A stretch of DNA of 64,000 bases from Schmidtea polychroa (taxonomy: Eukaryota), in contig CM097886.1 in assembly GCA_044892525.1 (NCBI GenBank), positions 183,384,312 to 183,448,311 of the forward strand, written 5' to 3'. The notes beneath the pieces were generated by a model, which saw only the letters and a list, made by a program, of their open reading frames with translations, did not search any database and was not told where the DNA came from. Positions 50,330 through 61,494 of the stretch are shown here, piece by piece; within the stretch, counting starts at the first letter, position 1, and each line of letters begins with the position of its first letter. Position numbers and translations under genes: made by a program.

Positions 50330-53300
50330 CAGTTCCGACCAAATATTCGACATAAGGTCACCCAGATTCAAGAAAAGCCCAAGATATGTACAATTGCCAA
50401 CTTTGAGGAGTTTACCACCCCACCAAACGAGAGGCGGGAACGCTCAAAGGAAACAACACTCAGAACAGGACGACACCAATGGAAAATCGGTGAAGATACC
50501 ATATTTAATAATCTGACATGTTCAACATTGCCAGAATTACCTAAAGTGCACTATCCAAAGGAAGCGTTAGAATCAATTAAAGCTAAATTTAAAGAGTATA
50601 ATCCTCAACTGAGTGATCCTGAATTACTGGAAGCAGAACAAACGAGAGCCAATACAATCGGTATCTCGTACGATACTATCTTGATGGTCAATAACCCAGT
50701 GAATTTGGATAAAAAGCCAATGATAAAAATAAGAGTGAACCGACATACAGTTAATGCGGTGATAGACTCAGGAGCAGATGGTACCATAATAGAAGCTAAA
50801 TTGTTAAACCATCATGAACTGCAGTCGCTAAAACCGGCAGGAGTAAAATTAACAGGAGCAAACGGATCATCATTAAACGTAATAGGGTCATTATCCTGCC
50901 AGATTAAGCTATGTGACCAGGAGCTCCATCACGACATCATAGTAATGAGAAGTCTCCCAGCCGAATGTCTATTGGGTATGGACGTTCTAAAAAGACTACG
51001 AGGAGTAGTATTCGATTGTGCATCTGGATTGTTAATCCGAGCACGAGGTAAAAAGAGAAAAATTTACAACGATGATACAGCTTATATAGATCATACAACT
51101 ATCATACCACCCAGAGCAGAAACAGTATGCTTTGTAGCTACAAGCAATAATTGGGAAGGGGAAGTTGTATTTGAACCAGACGAAAGATTTTCGGAGAAAT
51201 ACAATATACCAGTTACGCATAGCGTTGGTTTAATAGTCAATGGCAGAATACCAATCAGGGTAGCCAATCTGGACATTAAACCACTGTACTTATATCCAGA
51301 TACCAGAGTGGGCAGAATCTGGAAACAAAACGAACCACAAGCCACGAGAGAAGGGTCGATACTCACCGTAAAGGCAGAAGAAAGAGATCCAGACATTGAG
51401 TACTATGATGCTCCTACAGCAAATAGCAAAGTGCTAACCAGAAAGGAAAACATTCAAGTAAATATGCTGTTGAGGAAATATGACCAGGTATTCGCGAAAC
51501 ATGAATACGATCTGGGAAAAACAAACCTGCTAGAACATGAGATCGTTCTTACCAATACAAAACCCATAAAATTGAGACCATACCGTATTCCTTTCAGTCT
51601 GGAGGAATCAGTTGATAAACAGGTGAAATTGATGTTAAAACATGGCATAATCAGACATAGTAAATCACCATATCAATCACCAATGATAGTGGTGGCCAAG
51701 AAGGATGGATCAGTACGATTATGTAACGACTATCGCATGGTTAACGAAGCAACATGCAAAGATAGCCATCCATTGCCATTGTTAGATTATATCTATGGAC
51801 GCATGAGAAACGCTAGGTTCTTCTCAGTAATGGACGCTCAAAAGGGATTTTATCAAATTAAGTTAAAAGATGAGACTATACCAATAACAGCGTTCTCTAC
51901 CAGTATGGGTCATTACAAATATAACGTAATGCCATTTGGACTCACAGGAGCTCCAGCCACATTTCAAAGAGCAATGAATTTGATGCTCATGGATGTACAC
52001 CATGCGATGGTATACATTGACGACGTCATAGTATTTTCGCCAGATTTGGAAAAACACTTGGAACATTTGGAAGATGTGTTCAAGAAGTTGATCAATGCTA
52101 ACATGAAAGTAAAACCAACCAAATGTAAATGGGCCGAACCAGAAGTGGTATATGTTGGCCATATTATATCACGAGACGGGGTTAAACCCGATCCAGCTAA
52201 TGTTGAAAAGGTTAAGAATTTTCCAGAGCCTAAAACCGTTAAACATATCAAAGGGTTTTTAGGCTTAGTTGGATACTATAGAAAATTCATTAGAAACTTC
52301 TCGGTTATAGCCTTTCCACTTACGCAGTTAGAAGGCAAAAACGTCAAATTTGTGTGGGGAACAGAACAGCAGGAAGCATTTGATATGCTCAAGGAAAAAC
52401 TCGTCAAGCCACCTATATTGCGATTTCCAGACTTTGAGAGACAATTTTTGGTTATGACAGATGCCAGCACTCGGGGCATAGGTGCTGTGTTAGGTCAGAG
52501 AGATGACCTAGGAGATGAGTATGCAATTGCATACGCTAGCAGAGGATTAAAACCGCACGAAAGAAACTACGCAGTGATAGAACTAGAGGCTTTAGCAATT
52601 GTATATGCTATAACCCAGTTTAGGACATATCTATGGGGTCGAAAGATTATAGTGTACACCGATCATAGACCGTTACAGTGGTTGACGAAACACACAATGG
52701 ATACATCAAAACTGGTCAGATGGGCATTAATTTTACAGCCATATGACATAGAAATCCATTATAGAAAAGGAGATCATAATGGAAATGCAGACGCTTTATC
52801 GAGAATGGACCAGGAGGAGGAAGCAGAAGATGTGAAGGAAGGACGTCTCGAAGGGACTATCTTCACACTGACTCGAGAAGCCAACCGGCTAGCTGATTTA
52901 ATGGAGGCACAAAAGGCTGGCGAAGAAATCAATGTCATTCGACAAGCCTTGGAAGCAAAATACGTGCCCACAGAATTCACGAAATACTGGGAAAAGAATA
53001 AAGATAAGTTTGTGCTGGAGGAAGGATTGGTCAAATATTCCGATGTAAGAGACAATGTTATAATGGTCCCTAAGAAATACCGTGAAGCACTCATGTTGCA
53101 GTATCACGATGGAGCCTTAGGAGGCCACCTGTCATCCAGAAAAACATTGTCAAGGTTAAAACAAAAATATTTTTGGCCCGGCATGAAACAAGATGTTAAA
53201 ACCTGGTGTCAGACATGTAAGATCTGTATCACCAGAAGAAATACCGGAAAGAAACCACACGTGCCTTTGAAGCCGATGCCAGTACCATCTACGCCTATGG

Positions 53301-55189
53301 AGATGACAGCAATGGATGTGTTGGGGCCATTTAAAGAATCCAATAGCGGAAACAAGTACATATTAGTTTTCTGCGATTACTTGACTAAGTGGCCAGAAGC
53401 CTACCCGATGCCTAATCACAAAGCTGAAACAATAGCTAGAATTTTCGTTGAACAAATTGTCTTTAGGTATGGAGTACCTACAAAGCTATTAACGGATCGG
53501 GGAGCTGATTTCATGAGTAATTTGCTCAAAGGAATAAACGATTATTTCGGAGTTTTAAAGTTGAACACTTCCCCATATCACCCACAGACGGATGGGCTAG
53601 TAGAGCGGTTTAATGGAACATTAGCTAATATGTTAGCATCATATGTAAATTCAGGGCAAACGGATTGGGATATCCACATTCCATCCTGTTTATTTGCATA
53701 TAGAAATGCAGTACACGAAGGAACAGGTGAAACACCATTTTACCTAATGTATTTGAGACAAAGTAAAATGCTCATAGATCTGTTGTTTTTTCCGAAGGCC
53801 ACACAATACTTGGATCAGGAAAATTATCTGATGGAAATGAGGGAAAGAATGCAGGAAGCATGGGCTAGAGCGGGTCTCAGTATAAAATATAATCAGGAGG
53901 CATCCAAAGACTATCATGACAGAAAAGCCAAGGATCATGGCATATCGGTTGGAGACCAAGTGATGTTGGAAAGTCATTACAATAAGAAAGGCTTATCACC
54001 AAAGCTCATGCGAAATTTCAAAGGGCCATACGAGGTATTGAGAACCACAGATACAAACCTCATATTACAACTAGTAGCCAACAGAAAAGCAGAACCAATA
54101 ATGGTGCATGCTAATCGGTGTAAAAAGTGCGAAATCTCAACAAAAGGAACCTCGGGAAATTCAAAAGTAAAAGCACCAGAGAAACAAGCGAAACTAAACA
54201 CTACCGAAGAACCACAAGAGCACCGATACCCATTGAGATCACGGGGTGTTCCAAAATCGGTAACCTTTTTGTTGATAATAAGCTGTATGATGACTTTAGC
54301 AATGGCAAAAAGGGATAGAAAGGCATATTTTCAGCCTATGGCGATGCAAGTAGAGCATTTACATTTTATAAGGACATACCACGGAATTAGCATACTCACG
54401 ACGTGCGATAATGCTACAAAGTTCAATTTACATTTCTACAACAGGTACTTGCGGATCCGCCAACTCGATTCAGAAGACAAAGAGTGGGAATTATATGATT
54501 TAAAAGCAGAGACGGATTATAAACTGCATATCGCAGCGTCACGGTTATATCGGAATGGTTGGTATACCTATCACGTATCAAATTGGATCCTACGGACGGC
54601 AGATTTCACAAATCGCATATCGATTTCCTACGAAAGGGATAAAGTAAAGTTTAGCCAGCAAATTAACAGGGAGGAGAAAGTGAAAATCAGCATTCTAGAC
54701 GGATCAACCACGAGAGGAACATTATGGTTAGACCAGAACTCTCCCTCCCAAGAAATGTATCTAAATCAGTCAGTAAAATATTCGGTTCTAGTTATATACT
54801 ATAGTCCGAGGAAACGGGAAGACGATAGGTGGTTCGAGGTATTTGAGGAGATTCTACCTCTGAAACAGCCGGTTATAACGAAAATACCACCAAAAGTAGT
54901 CAGAGAGAACATGGTGATACATCCCGAAATGTGGCAACATCTTAGACAATTGTCACCTATCAAACAAATATTTTGTCAAACGCCCCCAAACCTGACAAAC
55001 TGTTGTGATTGTAATGCCATCACAAACTTTAATGCAGGATATATCCTGAAAATACCCGTAGGGGTATGGATTACGGTATCGGCCGTACTATCGCTAGTAA
55101 CTACACTGATAGCTATGGGTATTTGGACCAAGCTATATTTTAGACAAGCCATAAGAGCTTACGATGGAGTACTGATGTCGCAATTATGA
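50330..55189 (+). CDS. pol: Pol (PR-spacer-RT-RNase H-integrase) with a C-terminal membrane-protein extension
   Basis: The frame is open from 50330; VIDSGA (DSG 50765), YIDD (52013), MTDASTRGIGAVL, HHCC zinc finger, MDVLGP..TDRGADF..YHPQTDGLVERFN, and RYPLRSR at the integrase end. Confidence 0.97.
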   Translation, partial: QFRPNIRHKVTQIQEKPKICTIANFEEFTTPPNERRERSKETTLRTGRHQWKIGEDTIFNNLTCSTLPELPKVHYPKEALESIKAKFKEYNPQLSDPELLEAEQTRANTIGISYDTILMVNNPVNLDKKPMIKIRVNRHTVNAVIDSGADGTIIEAKLLNHHELQSLKPAGVKLTGANGSSLNVIGSLSCQIKLCDQELHHDIIVMRSLPAECLLGMDVLKRLRGVVFDCASGLLIRARGKKRKIYNDDTAYIDHTTIIPPRAETVCFVATSNNWEGEVVFEPDERFSEKYNIPVTHSVGLIVNGRIPIRVANLDIKPLYLYPDTRVGRIWKQNEPQATREGSILTVKAEERDPDIEYYDAPTANSKVLTRKENIQVNMLLRKYDQVFAKHEYDLGKTNLLEHEIVLTNTKPIKLRPYRIPFSLEESVDKQVKLMLKHGIIRHSKSPYQSPMIVVAKKDGSVRLCNDYRMVNEATCKDSHPLPLLDYIYGRMRNARFFSVMDAQKGFYQIKLKDETIPITAFSTSMGHYKYNVMPFGLTGAPATFQRAMNLMLMDVHHAMVYIDDVIVFSPDLEKHLEHLEDVFKKLINANMKVKPTKCKWAEPEVVYVGHIISRDGVKPDPANVEKVKNFPEPKTVKHIKGFLGLVGYYRKFIRNFSVIAFPLTQLEGKNVKFVWGTEQQEAFDMLKEKLVKPPILRFPDFERQFLVMTDASTRGIGAVLGQRDDLGDEYAIAYASRGLKPHERNYAVIELEALAIVYAITQFRTYLWGRKIIVYTDHRPLQWLTKHTMDTSKLVRWALILQPYDIEIHYRKGDHNGNADALSRMDQEEEAEDVKEGRLEGTIFTLTREANRLADLMEAQKAGEEINVIRQALEAKYVPTEFTKYWEKNKDKFVLEEGLVKYSDVRDNVIMVPKKYREALMLQYHDGALGGHLSSRKTLSRLKQKYFWPGMKQDVKTWCQTCKICITRRNTGKKPHVPLKPMPVPSTPMEMTAMDVLGPFKESNSGNKYILVFCDYLTKWPEAYPMPNHKAETIARIFVEQIVFRYGVPTKLLTDRGADFMSNLLKGINDYFGVLKLNTSPYHPQTDGLVERFNGTLANMLASYVNSGQTDWDIHIPSCLFAYRNAVHEGTGETPFYLMYLRQSKMLIDLLFFPKATQYLDQENYLMEMRERMQEAWARAGLSIKYNQEASKDYHDRKAKDHGISVGDQVMLESHYNKKGLSPKLMRNFKGPYEVLRTTDTNLILQLVANRKAEPIMVHANRCKKCEISTKGTSGNSKVKAPEKQAKLNTTEEPQEHRYPLRSRGVPKSVTFLLIISCMMTLAMAKRDRKAYFQPMAMQVEHLHFIRTYHGISILTTCDNATKFNLHFYNRYLRIRQLDSEDKEWELYDLKAETDYKLHIAASRLYRNGWYTYHVSNWILRTADFTNRISISYERDKVKFSQQINREEKVKISILDGSTTRGTLWLDQNSPSQEMYLNQSVKYSVLVIYYSPRKREDDRWFEVFEEILPLKQPVITKIPPKVVRENMVIHPEMWQHLRQLSPIKQIFCQTPPNLTNCCDCNAITNFNAGYILKIPVGVWITVSAVLSLVTTLIAMGIWTKLYFRQAIRAYDGVLMSQL

Positions 55190-55387
55190 CAATTACAGAC
55201 TCCCCCGAGGGAAAAATCATATATAAATATTTATATATATCTTAAAATCTATATTTACGTAGAGCTCCAGGTAGCATTAAAATTCAGCATATGTAGATCT
55301 TTTATAATAAGACTCATGCATATCCTTTTAGCCTATTATGGCATATCAGTATATCTGATATTATGGTTAATGATTTTTATTTCAGGA

Positions 55388-57472
55388 ATGCAGAGCCATC
55401 CAATATCCCAATACCAAGGAAGGCATAGCATTATACGTGCTACGACCTTGCTAAAGGAAAAACTTATTTACAAAAACCTGGAGAAGCAGGTTATGGAGCA
55501 AGGTAGAAAAGGCCAAAGGCACTGGTTTTACGGTCATTGTTCAGGCATACCCAATAATTTCAAATTTTACGAGGCTCCAAAGCGTCAAATGATTATCTCC
55601 AGAATCCCGGGTAAGCATAACGGTAGTATTAGGCTTACCGAGGTCATGCCTGAGTTTGGTAGACATAGTCTGACCAACCACCTGTGGATACACGCCATTA
55701 ACAAACCAATTACGGTTTACGTTCCTGGCGCCACAAACCCTATTTTGCTACAAAAGCACACTACCCTCGAAATAGAAAACGGGGACGGAAGGGAAAAGAA
55801 CATCTCACTGTTATGTGAAGGTATAGATACCATCATAGCAATGGAAATCCTGGAACCTCACAGAGAAGCACAAACAAGATGGGTTAATGACCCAAACTGG
55901 ACATATAATGTCAACGATAACGACATTAAAACATTTAAGTCCTTTGTTCGACAGTGTTTGGACCTAGAGGATAACTTCACCATTTTCGTAGCAGCTCACT
56001 ACGCTACACTACGACAATTCCTGAAACCGGCAATTGTGGCCATTTCAATCTCACATTTCAATGGCGATTTGATACTCAACACGAGAGTCACCCCCAGAGC
56101 ACAGGTCAAACATTACCAATCGCATGCGCATGGTATGACCGAGAAAGAAATAATAGGACAGTTCGACGGAGAAGACTGTGCCGAACGAATCAGGAAAATC
56201 TGCGATGGGAAAATCATCGTGGGATTGCTAGTAAAGGACCTACTAGAAGTTATTAGATTCCCAATGCAGCGCGCTCTCGGAATCCGTGAGTTAGGCGCAG
56301 CTAAATGTCTCGAAAGTAGGGACCTAAAGAAATGCAACGGGTATTACCGTTTGGCATATTTGGCAACGGCAGTCACCGGTAAAGAAGCACATCACTTCTC
56401 GGATCTTCAAACGGAGAATGATGTAACTACCATCAAGGAGATTTACGATAATCTACGAGACATCTGGGTCGACGACATTTCACCGGACACCCGGAAAGAG
56501 GTGGTGTCTTCACAAATCAAGCAGATGGAACCCGGTACCTCAAGCAGGCAGAAACCATTAGCTATGGAGAGCTATGTGAAAGAAGATATCCCCAGGACGA
56601 AGTTGCTGAAAATAGTGGAAGAAGATTCCTTGTCGCCGCCAGCCATTTCAATTGCTGATGAAGACGACTATGCCACTTGTGAGAGTGCAGACGATAACTG
56701 CCTCCAAGTCACCCTTACCAATGACGGTAGAGTGGTGAATTCGGCTAAAATGGAAGTAGAAAAACCCCAGCCAGCAGAAAAGTTAGTTGAACGGGTCACC
56801 AAGATCCTGAAAGCGTTGGCCCCGTTGGGTGAACCCAAACACGGAGCCGAAGGAGGATCATAACCGCAAGTTGTAGCTCCATTACTTAAGTTACAAGACT
56901 TGAAGTTTAAAAAGAAAACAACGGAGAAACCCCCCCAGAAAGAGGACAAGGAGAAAAATGTTCCTACCTCTACAAAGAGGAAAACGGAGATTCCTAAGAG
57001 CACGAAAAAGAAGATGCCTAGGATATCCATCCAAGATGAGGATGACGATCTCCTAGAAACCCACTATCAGCCACCAGATCCTGCGTTGACCAAGATATTG
57101 GCAACAAAGAGTGAACCCACGATTTCAGGAGAGCCTATTATCGTAAAGGAAGGCGAGTTCGTCGGAAGGGGCAATTCAATCAAAATACGGTAAGACCTCG
57201 ACAGGGAAGATCCTAGTTGGTGGCAGAGACCCGACAGCAAATGGAAACCGCGTATCACGGAATACGACGGAGGCCCAATCCATGAACTAGCCGTATCCAA
57301 TTTCCCCGACTACGGAGTATTGGAGGCAATTGAGGGCTCATATATAATCTCCTCAATTGTGTACAAAGAGGTAAGTACACGGGAGACTTTGGTGGTCAGT
57401 TACAGACCTGACATTGTAGAACAAAGGATCCGTAACGAAAGTGCCAAGGTCATGAAAAGGAGAAAATACTAG
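55388..57472 (+). CDS. 3' accessory ORF with a degenerate DEDDh (REX4/ISG20-like) exonuclease domain; two in-frame TAA stops
   Basis: The same frame runs 55388-57472, broken only by TAA at 56861 and 57191; IVAISISHFNGDLILNTRVTP..HYQSHAHGMT..GKIIVGLLVKDL..ENDVTTIKEIY; strong acceptor TTTTATTTCAG 2 nt before the ATG. Confidence 0.65.
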
Positions 57473-57770
57473 CAATTCGGCTATGTGTTCAATGGACCTA
57501 GCAATTTGCTATACGTCCTCAATCCCAACACCTTCGACAACTCAATCCAATCCAGATATTCAAATTGATAGACATTATGAACAACATTTGATTAATCTGA
57601 TTTTTAATTTTGTTTAACAATCTTTGATTATTTTGATTTTGATTTTGATTACTTTATGTATATACATTTTATTCAGTTGTTTTATTTTATTTTTATATTT
57701 TTATTTTTTATGTATTGGCTGCAAATTGTCTTGTCCTTACCGCTTTATTTTCGGGACGAAAATCTTGTTA

Positions 57771-57781
57771 GGGGGAAGACA
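57771..57781 (+). promoter_or_regulatory. Polypurine tract
   Basis: GGGGGAAGACA abuts the 3' LTR and is preceded by the hairpin TTTTCGGGACGAAAA. Confidence 0.85.
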
Positions 57782-58779
57782 TGTTGGGGTTCAGTAGGAA
57801 CCAGAATCAAAAGTTTAGAATAATTACTAAAAATAAATAAAATTAAGATTAAAATATAAAAAGTAATAAATAATTACTAAAAATAAATAAAATTAAGATT
57901 AAAATATAAAAAGTAATAAATAATTACTAAAAAATAAATACACAATAAAAATAGTAATTAATAATTACTATTAATAGATTTGATATAACTAAAGTCGTAT
58001 AAATACCAGAAAAATTTCATTGATCGAGGAGGGAAATCGAGATAAGTGAATTTAAGAAGAAACCACAGGAGCTAAATTTAGAGAGAACAAAACTTCAATC
58101 CGATTGGATAATTTCAACAAAAAATCAATCCGATTCTGGAATCTAACTAGTTTAGGAATTTTAACTATAGTCATTGAGCGAGAGAAAATTAATTGGAATT
58201 TTACTTCATTTAAAACTTCTATCCGATTTGGAAAATTTCAAGTGATATTAGATATACCGATCAATAGGAATAAATTTTGAATATTCATTCTTTGGAGCCA
58301 TTTTAGAGAGAGATTAAATTAGTTAGTTTTATCAATTATTTAAATAATTATATTAAGACTTTTTGTTTAAATTAAATTAAACTTAAATAAGGGGAATAAT
58401 AGTGTCAGCACGTATTTTGTGTTGTTTCGCTATTAATACTTATTTGAAAAAGAGTTAACCAATTTCTGGGTTGACTCTATCGCGTAAAATTTGGTGATCT
58501 TCCCTATCTTTTTTCCTTTCACTTATATCGGGCTGTTGGCGCATTTAGGGCCAGCCTTGATTCGTAGAAATATTCTTCAGGGCGGTTTGCATAACCGTTT
58601 TCTTTTCTTCAGAGAGCAGCGTGAATAATTTGTACAAATAAACAATCGTGTAATTTTTATCATTAATAAATATTGTAAATCATATTTCTTATTTATTACC
58701 TATACGCATAAATTATTTATTTGGAGTCAGATAGAACGTTTTTTGTGTTAGTTCGACTACCTACCTATCGAACCTAACA
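57782..58779 (+). repeat. 3' LTR
   Basis: 998-bp direct repeat of 44998-45995. Confidence 0.97.
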
Positions 58780-60662
58780 GGAGTACCGATGCTTTGAATA
58801 AAGGAAATGTTAAACGTTTCCTATAGTCTTGCAATATTTTACCAAAGTAAAAGCTATACAAAATGTTCTATATGGATGAAGTTAGACAATGGTTAATGAA
58901 CAGAAAAGAGCAACAATTTTACGACTCAATAGCAAGAACAACATTATAAAAATGAGATAATGATTCTGCCATAAAAGATTTGAATTAGAAGAAATAATTG
59001 AACGATTTAATATTTGCAATATTGATAAAGATATTTTATTCAAAGAAATCCATAAATTAAATTATTTTATCAACACAGAAAAACTAAACACCAAAGAAAA
59101 AGGTACAAAAAAATTGACAATTATACTTTATTTAATGAAATATATAATGAATATCTTTCCGAATCAGTTTTCGCCGAAAATAATCTTTCCAAAATCATGC
59201 TATTTAAATGTTTTTGTAGCATTTCAAATCTATTAACCGATGGTTTTTTGATTTGATTGTTATCCAAAACCGCTCAAAATATTGAGTATGAATGTTGTTA
59301 TCATCACAATTGACCCCTAATATAGTTGAGGTCTGATAAGCCGTTATACTCACACCATTCTTTAGTCATGATCGAATTTCCTTCTAACACAATCATGGCA
59401 AGTTTCTCTCGTACCATTAACAAAATCGAACATTTTTAGTTCTTCTACAAAATTCCAAATTATTCAGTATTTTTTCCTGTATTACTAATGCCTTTTGCAT
59501 CTCGACGTGAAATCAGATTTTGTTTTTCAATAATTTATTTACTTTTGATTTTATTTTTGTTATTTTCATTTATATTCGCTAGATAGTTGTATTACTGCCA
59601 TTCAGAGCAGTTCTACTGAGACAATTTTGTTTAAATTTTAAACCTTTTTTTACAGTTTAAACCCCCCCCCCGAGTTTGGGTTGAATTCTTCACTGCCCTG
59701 GTTTGGGTTGTGGGGCCCATTGATCAATTTCGCAGTCTACAAATCCTATCTACATTTATTTACAGGCTAGCAGCAGTGAACACACAATCTTACTTCTTAC
59801 TGAAGGTCTGTTAATTGTTCGCAACTTATTTTACTAGATACAATCTGCTTTTGTTGAAGTTGAGTAAGACATTGACAGCCATTCGAAATTACCTTTATCT
59901 GTTTTTAAATCTTTAATTTTATGTTCTGAATAAAAAATAAGCTCCTAAGAAGCAACTTTCTTAAGTTTTAAGCTGCATGCTTTTATAAGATCATTGAGCA
60001 TAATATTTTGACAGCACCAACTATCACAATTTCCAGCTTGTAATATAGTAAAACAGAAGTTTTCAATCCTTTTTAGCAGCGGAGCAATATTTTATATTTT
60101 TCGCTAATACGGAGCCTCAATATTAAAATCATCTTCAATTTCGATAACTTTTCACTTTATTCCACTTCCTCAGATTTGCGCATTTTCCCATTTCGTGTCT
60201 GACTGTACCCTTTTACAGTTCTGTTTTTACCATAGCATTCTTTGCATTGCTTCTCTGCTTGACCGCCATTAAATTTCGGTTTTCCTTTTAATCTGAACTA
60301 TATAATTTAATAATTTATTTTTAACACCTCAAAAGTTTAAAGAGCCTTTAGGAACTTTCCGAGTTGCACACATCGAAAACCTGCATTAAATGAAATAAGT
60401 TTCCTGAGATTTGTAAAGCCATTGCCAAAGCCGCCAAATATCAAAAATAACAGCCAACATTTAATCAATAAGCACAGTAAAATCAATAGATTTAACAAAA
60501 CAAACTGAATATTTATTACCACATCTGCCAAATATATTTAAATATATAATAAAATCAAAATTACTAATAAATGCAATCTGCCGAACGAGGAAATTATGCT
60601 TTATTAGGAACGCTATGTAAATACTAGTTGCTAGGCAACAAAGAATAAATCACAAAATTTTA

Positions 60663-61401
60663 TTAAAGTTGAAATTCCGACGAAGATTTCAGTTTCATCA
60701 GCAATTCATCAACTCGCATTGCCGGATCAACCTGAAATTTGGCACAATACAAATCAATACAAATTATCAATATAAATCATCTATAACCGATTTCAAATCC
60801 TTGCAATGTTCCAGTAAATTCTTGATTCCGATCGCCAAATCCGAGCAGCTGGGTAACCGGGATAAAAATCAATCAACCAATCAAATAAATCAATTACTCG
60901 CCCATCTGCAAATGATTCTCGATCCGTTGCAGATCTGAATCACTGTAGAGATCCTGATCTGCCAATACCGAGATTATTTCCGAGGAGCTTGTGATTTCCG
61001 GAATTTTGATGCAGTTCTTATCGAAAGCGGCAAAGAATTCCAATTCTTGCATGGCAGACAAATGCTTTGTGGTGCCGATGATCAGCATCTTCTTGTTCTG
61101 GAATCGTGTTATCCACTTGTTAGCAACATTTCTATACAATACTCACCTTAGGAACAAAGCAATTGATCATGCCAATAAGATTGTTGACAAGAAATATCGA
61201 AAATCTCGGACCAATGCTGGAATAATCTGAAATTATCGGCAAATGGGAAATTTATCCAATAATTGATTTCATTATTATTATTGTGATTAAATATATAAAT
61301 TGATTCCAATGGAGGAAATATGGGAAAGGAATTAATTGAGAAAGATTTATTCGGAAGCAGGACATCCCCCGTGCTTTTATCGCGCAATCATTTATCTATC
61401 G

Positions 61402-61494
<93 letters not shown>

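Larger units (their letters stand above)
44998..58779 (+). mobile_element. Full-length 13.8-kb Ty3/Gypsy LTR retroelement with env-like and accessory ORFs
   Basis: Two 998-bp TG..CA LTRs, 4-bp TSD GGAG (44994-97 and 58780-83), PBS, PPT, and Gypsy-type PR-RT-RH-IN order and motifs. Confidence 0.97.
44720..59300 (+). mobile_element. hAT-like transposase remnant split by the large LTR element (pieces 44720-44997 and 58784-59300)
   Basis: Removing the LTR element plus one GGAG restores LFTDSNIA..CG..NVLA..FSGSTDALNKGNVKRF(P)IVLQYF; a possible left end and zinc finger lie at about 42000-42680. Confidence 0.6.

Noticed and set aside
46280-50516. Programmed ribosomal frameshifts at the gag, ORF2 and pol junctions
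   Set aside because: I found no canonical X XXY YYZ heptamer in the right frame; simple indels explain them
50605-54201. Many minus-strand ORFs opposite pol
   Set aside because: Antisense shadows of a long coding frame with no recognisable motifs
55316-55387. Hydrophobic N-terminus of the ORF-track protein as a signal peptide
   Set aside because: It overlaps an AT-rich stretch ending in a strong splice acceptor, so it is more likely intronic; the ATG at 55388 is preferred, though not proven
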